Below, piece by piece: positions 25,707 to 38,825 of a DNA stretch of 64,000 bases. This stretch comes from Azolla caroliniana (Eukaryota; Plantae; Polypodiophyta), in contig JBHGNT010000013.1 of assembly GCA_043228905.1 (NCBI GenBank), positions 4,712,001 to 4,776,000 on the forward strand. The letters are read 5' to 3'. How positions within the stretch are numbered: the stretch's first letter is position 1; every line of letters starts with the position of its first letter. The notes below the pieces were generated by a model. That model saw only the letters and a program-made list of their open reading frames with translations. It ran no database searches and was not told the origin of the DNA. A program made the translations under genes and the position numbers.

Positions 25707-26342
25707 TTTCAATCCAAAAGAAGCGTGATACCTGTGAAGGAAAGAATGAAATATGAAGCATGTCATAGCGCATTCTCACCATCACATAAAAATATAACCT
25801 TTCTCATCATTAACATACCCAAGTTTTTCAATATTTCCCCAAATACACCTAATGTCATCATTAAAGAGCAATTATACATGCTGTTTGAAGGATTATGTTG
25901 TCAATTCATCCCTCTCCCCTGTCTTCTCAATTATATGTGCTATTTCAGCAATCATAGGGTCAATTCAGCCTCCTTTCCACTCCCTTTCGGGGTTGTGTAA
26001 GGGTGTTTGGGGGAATAAAACAACTAAGGGGCATTTGGAAAAAAGAAGAAAATGTTAAGGATATTTCGGAGTTTCTCCCTGTATTTTATTTGGTAACACC
26101 ATCACATAAAAAGGTATTGTATTTTGATCATCATGTCCTCCACACAAATCCATGAAAATGGTGGATGCATAATGGTGGGTTGGGTTCATTCATTCTTTGT
26201 CATTTGAGTCCGACTGCATTCATTATTTCATAAAAAGGTCTTCAACAAATCTCCTTCTCTTATTTTATGTAAGTGGAAGATGAATGAATCTTTTCACCAA
26301 GATCAACAAAGCATTGTTTGTTTGATCTATGTTAATTTATTA

Positions 26343-26780
26343 CAGGAATAGGCAATGCTTCAGTTTGACCCGAACCAAACTCTGAAACTGCAGCTTAACC
26401 AGTTTGGCTTCAGCTTTTATCAGCTTACAGGGTTTGGGGAATACTTTTGAATTTTTTATAAATATATAAGTTAACTCTATAAATTAAGTAAGATGTAATA
26501 TTACTATGAAGTTTAACTTGGAATCCAAATATTTCTTTTTAGTTTCCTTCTGAGTTTCAAAGAAAAAAACCCTTTCTTGAAGAGTTGAAAATTGAGTTTA
26601 CAGTCCAAAATTTTGGTTTTAGTCAAAAACGAACTGCAAAACTGTAGCTAAACGGCTTCACAATTTGGTTTGACCTTGAAAATACCTCAAACACTTTGGT
26701 TTGAACCGTTTCAGTTTAAAGGTTTCATGGCTTGTTGAGTTTGAGACACCCAAACCAAACCAAACTAGTGCCAATTACTA
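26343..26780. mobile_element. Putative old hAT-type MITE in the CAF1 5' UTR intron
   Basis: Degenerate TIRs (caggaataggca vs tagtaattggca, 9/12), degenerate 8-bp flanks atttatta/attgattc, and repeated aaacc/ggttt subterminal motifs. Confidence 0.4.
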
Positions 26781-28025
26781 ATTGATTCTTCAATATGCCC
26801 CTTTTTAAGCAAGCCATTATAACTTCATAAAACAAAACAATATAATATTATCTAGCTATATGTAATGGTAAAATCATATATTCTACCTAGCTGTAAGCAA
26901 TGGCGAAGGCCTCTAATAAACAACAAACTATATACCATAGCCAAGATCATGGTCTCTGATATACTACAAGTACTATACTGACATGTATACACAATAAAAA
27001 TGTGAAATGGCACATATACATACTAACAATATTGAACCTAACATATACAAACAATACAGATGTAAAAATCAATCTTAAAGCACCTCGTCTACATACACAC
27101 AAATTTCAAAGCGATATGTATATGTAACAAAAACATGCATCAACGAGAAATTCACGGCAACATGTTTTGCCAACAAAATGTTATGCCAAACATGTATTTA
27201 CAGCAGATGCTATACTGAAATGTTTTAACTTTGAACCATAAACATAGACCAACATGCGTTTATCATAAAGGTTATACTAACACGTGTATATAACAAATGA
27301 TACAACTACATGTACATACGACAAATGATATAGCAACATGTACATACGAGAGAGACTATGGAAACATGTATATACAGAGACTTGTGTATAAACAAAAAAA
27401 TTTGATTAGAAAACACGCATATATGTATATCCAATAAATTTCTCCAGCAAAATAGGTATACTTCAAAACATGTAAGAATACTACAAATTTGATTTACCAC
27501 ATATATATAGACCAATTTCACATAAGAAAATGTGTGTACATCATCAAGAATTCTCTATCCACACAAGGACATACATCAAATTAGCGATAAACAATTCATC
27601 GCAACATGTGCATACATCATCAAGATTTCTCTACCAACACAGGCGTACACATCATCCATGATTCTCTATCGAAATTTGGACACTCATCGAATCCTTATGG
27701 CAAACAAAAAAGCATGTAAATGTACAAACAAAGTTAGCAGCAGCATAGTGGAAGGAAAACAAAGAACTATCATCAAGACAAAGATGTATAAAGAGAGAGA
27801 ATATGGTAGGGTATTAGGGTGTCTCTGAAACCCTAAAAGAAATTAGAACATGGGCAATAGTAATACTTACTGATGGAGTAGGGAAGGAAGGAGAAAGGGT
27901 ACCTGTGTGTAATATATGCAAAAGGACAAAGAGCTCATCCACCACAGAAGAGTCACATGCATTTTACAGGATTGCAGAGTCTAATATACCCAGTTGGAGA
28001 AGGAGAAGGAGGTAGAAGATTAATT

Positions 28026-28312
28026 TAAACCCTAAAGCCTTTTCATCTGAATGTTGAGAGAGATGAAGCAGTGATATTATGTATGTATAATGAATGTATG
28101 CAATTTGGAGATGGCATGAGCATGTTGGGCCGCGGGCCGCCATTCCCAGCTGGCCGGCCGATACCGAGCCGCCCATCTTCCTTCAGATTCCTAGTTTTCC
28201 ATTGACCTTCTCTTATCCGATCGGGCATATGGCTGGCAAACTTGTCGGCCAAATGTTCTAGTTTCCATTGACCTTCTCTTATCCAATCGGGCAGATGTTT
28301 GGAAAACTTGTC
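28026..28312 (-). promoter_or_regulatory. CAF1 promoter region with telo-box, site II-like motif and a ~55-bp duplication
   Basis: aaaccctaa at ~28027, tgggcc at ~28126, duplicated block at 28191-28245 and 28258-28312. Confidence 0.4.
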
Positions 28313-28639
28313 TCATTGCTAGCCTCATGTTGTGTGAAACCTAACCGTCCGCCCCAGTAAGTATGTATGTAACACTAACTAGGCTCAGACACCCCGCAAT
28401 TGTACTCTCTCCCTCCACTCTAAATGCCACGTATTGCTAGAGAGAGCTGTTTTAGAACTCTTGCATTGGAAATGGCTGACCACCCTCTTTATTGGTTGCA
28501 TCTAGCTACCTAAGTCTAAGTGAGACGCGTTAGAGCCGAGTTGATTCAGAATTGATGACTCGGAAATGGCTAGTTGTGGCCACCCTCTTTTCACATTATT
28601 TGTATGCTATCCTTCTTCGTAACTTCTCGTACTATCTTT

Positions 28640-29372
28640 TTTTCATAAATAATGGCTTTCATTACAAAAAGAAAACACCACCATGACTAGTAACTTACAA
28701 CAGAGTATAGAACCCTTCGAGGGATCTAAATACTACGACAACTACAAACTCAATGCCTCCCTACACACCAATTTAAATGGCGAATATGATGATATTCACG
28801 GTTAAGATTTAATGACTCTAGCGCTGTCAATTGCCACAAAAGTACTTTTAACTTTACAAAATATTTTCTCACCCAAACTTTTGAATCAAAAGTAATAGGC
28901 ATTCCACATATTCCAATTGAACCATAGCCTCCAATACCTCAAGGAGTCAAAAATAATTTGGAAATGAGGCATCCGTTCACTATTCTCTATATGTGCAAAA
29001 ACCAATTGGATGAAGATAGTCTTACTCCACTTAAATACATCCACACTAAATTGATACACCTCCAAACCATTCTAGCCATCATGCATAAAAGAAATCGATG
29101 CCTACTATGTTCCAATTCCATTGAACAAAAGAAACACATTCCTCTAGCAATGTTTCTTTTGTTTAATGCATCCTCCAAAGGTAAAGCTCCAACCATAACT
29201 CTCCAAATGAATACCTTAGCCCGAAACATCAATCTAGAACACCAACCTACCTTGATCACATGAAACCACCATATAATGGCTTACAAAAAACCCATATATT
29301 TATAACCCTTTCTTCCATCCTACTTATGTTTGTCAATCAACTTTTGATAAACATCATTTCCTGAGATCATAG
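28640..29372 (-). mobile_element. LINE (L1-like) 3' fragment with zf-RVT domain
   Basis: ORF 28987-29259 reads KVFIWRVMVGALPL...CFFCSMELEHSRHRFLLC, typical of the LINE ORF2 C-terminal zinc finger. Confidence 0.75.
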
Positions 29373-32300
29373 TGTTAAGAGTCTATTACTAATCAATAGA
29401 CCAAAGTAAAGTAAAAGAAGGAAAATAGATTGGATAGAAGAAACCGTTCCACCCGACCACCCCCAAGCTATGATCTAGACATAGCCAATCTACCACCGAT
29501 GTCTCATACCGCCGGATATTAGGATGACTAATACCTTGGAAGAGATAAACACGATCGTCGAGATGAAAGCCTAGGCCACACCACTGGTGTCTAAGACAGC
29601 AACCTTCCGACGTAATGTGATTATGAGGGTAGCTAAGCCTCATATTTATACCTTTTCCTAGGCCCCTTGAATAGATGTGCCTTTCTAAAAGGCTCTCCAT
29701 TCATTGGTTGTCCAAATCATGATAGTGCATGCACTTATCATTCCTTCTATCCAATCATTAGTCCCCTTTTTAACATTAGTGAACATACCCTTCACTAATG
29801 TAAATATTGGTGATCTACCCTCACCAACGTTATGTGTACATAACATACTCCCCTACTTCAAAAGATTGCACTCTTGCAATATAAAGTGAGGAAATTGTGC
29901 CTTAAGAGTATGCTCGCGTTCCCATGTGGCATCATCAATAGGTTTATCCATCCATTTGATCTTGAATAGCCGAATCTCTTTAGAACGTAAACGTTTTGTA
30001 CGAGAATCAAGAATTCGTTCAGGAACATGAGATTTGTAAGAAAAATCCTCTAATATTACAAGATCTTGGATTGTGATGGTGTTATCACCAGAGCCTAAAA
30101 ATGGTTTTAGACAACTAACGTGAAAAATAGGATGAATACCAACATTACGAGGTAAGGCAATGTGATAAGCAGATGACCCAACCCGCTTAAGGATTTCAAA
30201 TGGGCCACAATATCATGGAGCTAACTTAGTGCACTTGCCCGTAGACAATGACATAGAGTTAGTAAAAACACGCAAAAAAACTTTTTGACCAATAGTAAAT
30301 GCACGAGGACGTCTATCCTGATCAACATAAAATCGAGCACGATCTTGAGCTGTCTTGACATTCTCTTTGGCAATATGCAACATTTGGTTCATGTCTTGCA
30401 AAAAATTATGTGTATTGTCTAATGTATCACGATGAATCGTGACATCAACTGGGGCACGTGGCTGAAAACCATACATCAACATAAAAGGATTATATCCAGT
30501 GGATGTATGTTTAGAGCTATTGTAGCCAAATTCTAAGATAGGAAGGTATTGCTCCCACATAGAAGGGGTTTTTGCTACATAAGCTCGAAGCATGTCCTCA
30601 ATAATTTGATTAACTCGTTCAGTTTGTCCATCAGACTGAGGATTACTTGCGAAACTCATGCTCAACGTAGCTTCTAGTTTCTTGAAGACTTGAGTCCAAA
30701 AGGCACTAGTAAACTTGGAATCTTGATCACTAACAATATCCATTGGTAATCCATAAAAGCGAAATAACTCATCAACAAATTGATAAGCCAATTGTTGAGT
30801 GGTTACCGTGGTTTTGGTAGGAATAAATCTAGCCAATTTTGTTAGTCTGTCAATGACAACCCAAATGGCATCATGACCCCTCTGTGTACAAGGTAAACTA
30901 ACAATAAAATCCATCGAGATACTTTCCCATTTGTTGTTGGCAATATCTAAGGGATGTAAAAGACCCGCAGCTTTAAGTCGTTCCGATTTATTAATCTGAC
31001 ATTGTAAGCATTGAGTTACGTATTTATGCACGTCAGAGCGCATCTTAGGCCAGAAAAAAGTACTCAAGATGAGAAGGAGTGTGCGTTGTATTCCAAGATA
31101 ACCAACAGATGGTGCATCATGACATTCATGAAGAATTTTCTGTTTTACATTTGGTAAATCTAGAACACAGACCTTTCCACTACGGTAAAGCAAACCGTTT
31201 GTAATGTGAAAGGTCGCCTTCGAGGGTAAGCTACTAGTATCAACATCTAAACCAAATTCGGCTTTCGTCCAGTATTTCGAAAAATAACTATCATCAAGGT
31301 ATTTCCCTCGAAGGTGATCTAAAAGATAAGATTTTATTTCCGTGAAGTTAAGAATGTTAACTTCTTTAATGCGACTAAGAGCATCCGCAACAGTGTACAC
31401 AAAACCCTTCCAATATCATATGGAAAAATCAAAATCTTGCATAAGGTCAGCCCAACGGTCTTTACAACCAACAAGATCTAGCTGGTCACAAAAATACTTC
31501 AATGATTGATGGTCTGTTGTAACCACAAATTTATTTCCATAGAGATAGTGCCTCCATGTTTTAAGTGCATGTATTACCGCAAACAACTCTTTATCTTGAA
31601 CCAAATACCGAGATTGAGCAGCATCAAGCTTCTTACTTTCAAAAGCAATAGGGTGACTGCCTTGATAAAGAACGACGCCAATAGCATAATCACTAGCATC
31701 GGTTTCGATTGAGAAAGGCTTAGAAGGGTCCGGTAATAGAAGAGTGGGAGCCTAACACACTTGCTCTTTGAGTGTCTCAAATGATTTGTCATGTTGTTCA
31801 TTCCATGCAATTGGTTTGACAAACTTACGTGGATGACCTTTTAAAAGGTTAGTTAATGGTGTAGTCAATTTGGAATAGTTACGAATTGATTTTCGTAAAA
31901 ATCCAACAAACCCTAAGAATGATCGCAGTTCACGAATATTACGAGGAATGGGCCAAAGTTTAACCTTTTCAATACGAGAAGGTTCAATTTCAACACCATT
32001 TTCCGTAATTAAATGACCTAGGTACACAATAGATTTTTGGAAAAAATCACATTTTGAATGTGTTGAGAGATCAAGCTCAACTTGGTTTAGTTAGTTAGTC
32101 AACCATGTAACTTCGTAGTTACCTAGATAGAATCTAGTTAGAAGTGTTGATTATAACGCCTTAAATAGGACCTTGTACTTAAGTGGGATATTCTAGATCC
32201 TCCACTCCTAAGTACATTTAATATAGGACTTACACATTAGTACCTATATTCTACTCACACATGTGCACCTTTGCACATGAGATGTATATATACCTCATTG

Positions 32301-35255
32301 TGGCTATTTTTGTATTTGATGATGATAATGCTAATTTAACATACTTACTGTTGTTCATAAAGTGTATCTCTCTCTCTCTCTCTTCCTCTCACACACATAC
32401 ACACACATATCACTTAATCTTCCGCTTATCAACTAATCACATAATTAGGTACTAATTAATCCTTGCTTAATTACTTACCTAATTCTTGACATGGTATCAG
32501 AGCGTGTGGTTTAGAAAATCCACTAAGCCCACCCAACTCCGTGATTGTGTGTTCGAGATGCCGATGACAAAATCCGGTTATTGGCTACCGTAGTGCCGCT
32601 ACGTAGCATGTGCACCTGATCGAACGAAGAAAAGTAAAAGAAGAGAAGACACTAATCAACAGGAACACACAAATGGGTAGCACGCTCCCTAGTGAAAAGC
32701 TAGACTGGAGCAATTATTCATCTTGGGAGTACAAGAGGACCCAATACCTCGTTGGCCAAGGGTATTGGAGCTATATCAACGGCACTCAAGAAAATCAACC
32801 CGACTCAGAGAATGCCGACTACGCAACATGGGAGCAACCGGCTAGTTGAGTCATGTATTGCTTGGCAACATGTGTCCATGACCACATGCTTAGCCACATT
32901 CGAGATGCCAAGACGCCCAAAGAGGCGTGGGCGAACTTTAAGAAAATGTTCGTCGCCAACACAACCGCCCGAAAGCTTCAACTCCGACAAGAGTTGAACA
33001 ACATTCGGCAAAAAGACATGTTTGTGTCAGACTACACCGCCAAGATCAAGAGCATTTGCGACTCTCTTGGCTCCATCAAAATAAACGTCGACGAAGACGA
33101 GATGGTGCAAGTATGCTTGGGCGGCCTCGCACAACGATTCGATCCATTAAGGACGACAATCTTGGTGAGAGAAAACCCTCCTTCATTCTTTGACCTCCAA
33201 CGGCAATCGAGTTGTGGCACAAGAGAATCAGCCACATAAACTTCCAACGGCTTCGAGCGATGCAAACCAAGGGAGTCATCATCGGACTTCCAACATTCGA
33301 GTCGAAACAAGTCGACCGAGTATGCGAAGCGTGTCAACTCGGAAAACAACATCAACTCCCATTCCCGAAGGAGAGCTCCGCAAGCAAAGGCCTCCTCGAC
33401 GTCGTACACTCGGATGTATGGCGAACGGCTCAAACGCTGACGATCGGCGGATGCCAATACTATGTAACCTTCATTGACAACTACTCCCACTACGCGTGGA
33501 TCTACCCGATGAAGAAGAAAAGCGAAGTGCTCTCCCACTTCCAAAAGCTCAAGTGTCAAGTCGAAAAAGAAATTGGTTGGCACATTTGATGCTTACAATC
33601 GGACAGAGGGAAGGAGTACTTCTCCGACGAGTTCACCTCCTGCCTCCAAAATGAAGGCATTATGAGAGAATTCTCATGCTGACACACATCCCAACAAAAT
33701 TGAGTCGCCGAAAGGAAGAATTGGCAAATACTTGAGGTAGTATGGGCCATGTTACATGAGAAAAACATGCCGAACTTTTATTGGGCCGAAGCGGCATCTA
33801 CGGCCGTCTATCTCATGAATCGATGCCCCACAAATGGAGTGCATGAGCTAACTCCATATGAGCTCCTTGTTGGAAGGAAGCCTATCCTGTCGTATCTCAA
33901 AGTGTTCGGAAGCATTGCGAATGTACGCATCCCGAACACACAACGACAGAAGCCTAACACAAAGTCAGAGAGATGTATCCTCGTACGATACTCGTCCGAG
34001 AAGAAGACGTACAAGTGCTACAACCCATCGACGCAAGAAGCTCACGTAAGTCGAGACGTAGTCTTCGACGAGTACGCATCCTAGTACGCACCAGAGACCT
34101 CTTCGACTCCGACTACGCTCGCTGCGGATTATGCCGAACAAGAGGTAGAAGCTGAAGATCAACTTGCGCATATGAACGAAGAAAGTCCGATTACGACCGA
34201 GCTTAGTGGCCCACAAGAGCCCCCACGCGACCCAAGCACGTCGTGGCCAAGTACGAACTTGGAGAAAGGCAAAGGTAAGATGCCCGAATACGAAGTCGAC
34301 CACCCCGACGACAATGATTCGGATGGATCGGCTCCCTCACTAGATAGTGAGTTCGGTGTACCCATCATGCGGACACCCGGAGTAAAGAAGGCGCTCACAT
34401 CAGCGAGCGAAAAACTTCGACGCTCATCTAGAGCTAAGAACCCCGTCACTCAGCACGACTACAACGAGTACATGGCCCATCATTACGCCTTCGCAATGAA
34501 GGTAGCGGCCGAGAAAGAGCCCAAGAGCTTCACCGAAGCGGCTCGTAACCCACGATGGGTGGAAGTAGTCGACCTTCACCCACACGCTACAAGCCTTCGT
34601 CACCGGCTTGAGGGGGAGGAACCGAGATTGCCACGGCGAAGAAAGCCGAAGGCCGGATGGAAGCACACAAAGCCGACGAAAGCCAAAGCGGATGTCGGAC
34701 GCCTCACACTTGAGCTTGAGGGGGCGTGTTGAGAGATCAAGCTCAACTTGGTTTAGTTAGTTAGTCAACCATGTAACTTCGTAGTTACCTAGATAGAATC
34801 TAGTTAGAAGTGTTGACTATAATGCCTTAAATAGGACCTTGTACCTAAGTGAGATATTCTAGATCCTCCACTCCTAAGTACATTTAATATAGGACTTACA
34901 CATTATTACCTATATTCTACTCACACATGTGCACCTTTGCACATGAGATGTATATATACCTCATCGTGGGTATTTTTGTATTTGATGATGATAATGCTAA
35001 TTTAACATACTTACTGTTGTTCATAAAGTGTATCTCTCTCTCTCTCTCTCTCTCTCTCTTCCTCTCACACACATACACACACATATCACTTAATCTTCCG
35101 CTTATCAACTAATCACATAAATAGGTACTAATTAATCCTTGCTTAATTACTTACCTAATTCTTAATAGAATGTTTTGCATAGAAAGAGTTGTCATGCAAC
35201 TTTTGCAAAACAAATTGAACATGTTGAACATGATCTTGCAAGGTACGGCTATATA
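29373..35255 (-). mobile_element. 5'-truncated Ty3/Gypsy chromovirus (RT end, RNase H, INT, chromodomain, 3' LTR), interrupted by Copia 32061-35167
   Basis: YLGHLI, LRSFLG, WRHYL, TDHQSL, HECH...CLQC, ISMDFI and SDGQTERVN motifs; chromodomain VPERILDSR...IKWMDKPIDDATWE at ~29900-30030; PPT at 29846-29855; LTR ~29373-29845. Confidence 0.88.
32061..35167 (+). mobile_element. Internally deleted 3.1-kb Copia element (gag and INT remnants; no PR, RT or RNase H)
   Basis: LTRs 32061-32491 and 34727-35167, TSD GAATG, PBS tggtatcagagc 32492-32503, PPT gagggggcg. Confidence 0.93.
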
Positions 35256-37846
35256 TCAATTGTCCGACTGAGATCAGTGGTCGTGAGAGCTCAGGTACGT
35301 GTTGAACATTGCATAGTACTAATGTAGAGCCACTCGCAAGGTTGAGCTCTACCGTGCCGATTCCAATTATGTCGCAATGTTGCAAATTTCCTACCCGAAC
35401 TAAGTCTGAATGTCAGTCCGTGTATTGCCGAAATTGGGATCGATGAGGAGTTACATGAAAGGACACACTTACTCTAAGAGCCACGTGCTCAATTCTTCAG
35501 TTGTATGCAAAACTTCTTATTCGACGGGGTTCTCAATTGATAATATGTTCGGCTCGCTTATCAATACTTCGGCCGAAGAGCCGATGTAGTTTATCTCCTC
35601 ATGTCGGTCATTCTTCTTCTCAGCTCGCTGAGCCTTATCATTTTTGGCCTTGAGTGCACGGCAATCGGTTTTGATGTGTCCGGGTTTCTTGCAGTAGTTG
35701 CAGACTCGATTATCCCGGGACTTGCTCCGACTTCGTTGAGTGTTCGGCTGCCGTGAAGAACTGTTGAGTGGCAAGCTCAACCGGATCCGGATCGGCATCC
35801 GGAAGGATGAGCCGGATCGGTGAGCAAGTGAGCCAGTGAGTTGGGGAGCTGGTTAGCCGGATCCATCAGTAACCGGAAGCCTAGTAGCAACGTAGACTAC
35901 TACGAAGTTAATGTCTCATAGTTAGTGTCAGGCGCCTGTGTGAGCATTGAAGTACACTGTTCTTCTGTCAGTCTGTATGGACTTGTATAAAAGCGTTCAC
36001 TAAACACATACAATGTACAGAGTGTTACAAATTGAGTAATATTTTTGAATTGAGTTTCTGTGTTCTCTCTGTCTCTTTCTCTATCTCTCCCGCGTACTGT
36101 GTATATCCTAAGCTCTCCATTAGACCTGCATTTCTGTGGACGATTTCCTATTGCTTCCGCATGCTATTCTTTTACAAGAACCTCTTCCATGGCTGTTCGA
36201 TCGGTCAATCGAACCTTGTACTACATAAGCGTTGTTAGCTAAATCGTTAGTGAAAGATTTTCTCCGAGCCGCTTCAGTCAGAATTGTGCTCGTGACTAAA
36301 GAGTACTTGACGAAGCCTATCAACGCATTGCACACGGTTGTAACGAAAGTTTCCCATGAAGGAGGGAGACTACTCATGAGCAACATTGCTTTTAGTTCAT
36401 CCTCGATAGTTGTCCCCTGGGCCGAAATTTGGGAGCTTAAGCTTTCGTACTCATTCAGGTGTGCCTGGACCGAGTCGGACTCTTTCATCTGAAGGTTATA
36501 AAGGCACCAAATCAGGTATATCCTGGCGGTGACGACCTTTTTTTCGTAAGTGTCCGAAAGTGTCTTCCATAGTTGGAAGACAGTCGAACATGATTGCACC
36601 GTGAAGTACACGGACTACAATATGTGCATCCGAATGGTGGCTCGGACAATTCTGTCGAGCTTTTCCCATTCGAGCAGCTTGTATCCTTCTGGAGAGTCTT
36701 CATTCTCAATTGGGTCAATTTTCCCCTTGACTATTAAATAGTCTTGCATCTGCTCCTTCCAGAAGTTGAAGTTCGATCCGTCGAACTTCCTTAGACTCAT
36801 CTATGACGAGCCGGATGTTGATGCCATCTGTGTTGGTTGGGTAGGCTTTATCCGGAGTCAGCTACGAAGTGTGATGGAGTGCAGCAACTTGACTCACTCA
36901 ATGCCGTTCTATCCAAAGTTGGACACAAGTTGTATTGATTACGAATATCGATGAATCCCGTTCGGAGTGACTATTATCAACTGACTTAGTCGAGTTGAAC
37001 CCGGATTTGATTGTTCGATTTCGAATGTCGATTTTCTGAGATTTCCCAACACGAATTATGTGTGATTTTCCAGGCCGATCCTGTTTCGGGTAATTGCAAC
37101 GATGAGAGGGATGGAGCCTACTAGTCCTCTTGAATGTCGTTCAACCGAATGAAACAAAGATTGGGGTTGCCCCTTGGAGTTATGTTTGCTTCGAGTGGTT
37201 ACGGCAAGTGAGGAGATAGTGTCTGATGACCTATTCGATTTTTGCCTAACCACGTGAGGCACAGATGTGGCCTGATCAAGAGAAGGGTCTCACTCCGAGC
37301 AACGATAGTCACAGAGTCGAAGTACAATCGAATGACTTACTTCAAGGGTGATTTCGAATAGTGGAGTGTAGACCTTCAGTTGTCTCTCTTCATCAAATGT
37401 AATTTCAAGAGGAGTTGCCAATCAAGATCTTCAAGGTGTACAAGAGAAGAGTTGTCGATGGAAGTTAGATAGATGGCGGTAGCAGAATCAAACAATACCA
37501 AGCTCTAATACCAAATGTTGGGATCACAGTCATCTAATGCGGAACAAGATTGACACTCTTCTCCTATAGGCTCCTATAAGATCGTGTTTGTATACAAGAT
37601 CATAACTATGATAGCAGCAAAGATCAAACAATACAACTAGTACGCCAAAGATAGAGAAATAGTTAGGCACAATGTAAAGAGTATATTACAACTTAACGCA
37701 ACAACCACTAACTGGGTTACAATGTCAGTTTATAGGTTGACTGACTTAGGGCAACTGCCCTTCTCACTATTTACATAAATGGCCTAAGCCTAGTGTGTAC
37801 AAAAGGAGACAGTGTGAATACGTCCATTAGAAACCCGTATTCAACA
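35256..37846 (-). mobile_element. 3'-truncated Copia (5' LTR, PBS, gag, PR), related to 12035-17613
   Basis: LTR 37516-37846, PBS-like tggtattagagc at 37502-37513, gag MSLRKFDGSNFNFWKEQMQDYL, knuckle CNYCKKPGHIKTDC. Confidence 0.88.
35762..36176 (+). mobile_element. Solo LTR
   Basis: tgttgag...ttttaca flanked by the perfect TSD AGAAC; similar to the LTR at 38441-38825. Confidence 0.9.
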
Positions 37847-38825
37847 GATCGCCATCCGGATTGGCCCCTACCATTGTGCTAGACCACCAAGGCAGATTTG
37901 TACCATTTCATCTTCGTCCACTATCACATTGATGGACTTGAGTGCGTCACAAATCTCCTTTATTTTGGTGGGGTACTCCGTAACCGACATATCTCTCTAT
38001 CGGATGTTGTTCAACTCTTGCCGGAGCTGCAACTTACAAGTTCTGGTACTTGGGGTGAAAATCTTCCAAAGATTTTCCAAGGTTTGCTTTGGCATTTTAG
38101 CATCCTTGATGTAGCCGAGCATTTGATCTGCACATAGGATGCGAGGCAGTACAATACTCTGCCCATTCCTTGTTCCCCTGCCAAGAAGTCCTCGTGTGCC
38201 GGCGCCAGCGCTACATTGTTCGTTCCTTCCACATAGCTCCAATAACTATGCCCTAGTAGGTACTGGTGCATTTTATATGACCAGGATGCATAGTTGCTCC
38301 GGTTGAGCTTTTCTATGGGAAGCGAACTTGCCATACCTCTGTCCACCTCGGTTCTCTTTTGTTCTTCACCAGGTGTTAGGGTTTGTCTTCAAAAGCATCT
38401 GTCAGGTGTAGAGGTTCTCAACCCTCGCGCTTTGATATCATGTAAAAGTTAATATGCGGAAGGGTATGACAAACCGACTCAGCCGGGATACCAACAGAAC
38501 GTAGACAGAAGAAGGTTTAACAGAGAATGCACATGAGATACAGAGAGAGCAGAACATAAAACTCAATTCAAAATAATAACACTCTGTGTACATAGAATGT
38601 GCTCAGAGAGAACTTTTATACAAGTCCATAAAGGACTAACAGGTACTTCAATGCTCATACAGGCGACTGACACTTACTCCCAAAACTATGCCTACATACT
38701 AGGCTAGATCCGTAGGCCTCCAACGGCCTATTGGTTTCAATCCGATCCAGCTCTCCGTTCCGGATACCGATCCAACTCTAGCATATTCAGCCGATCCGGA
38801 TCCGGTTGAGCTTGCTCGCTCAACA
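37847..38825 (-). mobile_element. Truncated Copia (5' LTR 38441-38825, degenerate PBS, gag N-terminus)
   Basis: PBS-like tgatatcaaagc at 38429-38440; gag SSLPIEKLNRSNYASWSYKMHQYL. Confidence 0.82.

Noticed and set aside
25707-25766. N-terminal extension of CAF1 in the ORF track (MTCFIFHSF...)
   Set aside because: It crosses a strong 3' splice acceptor at 25732; the conserved protein starts at MPKEL.
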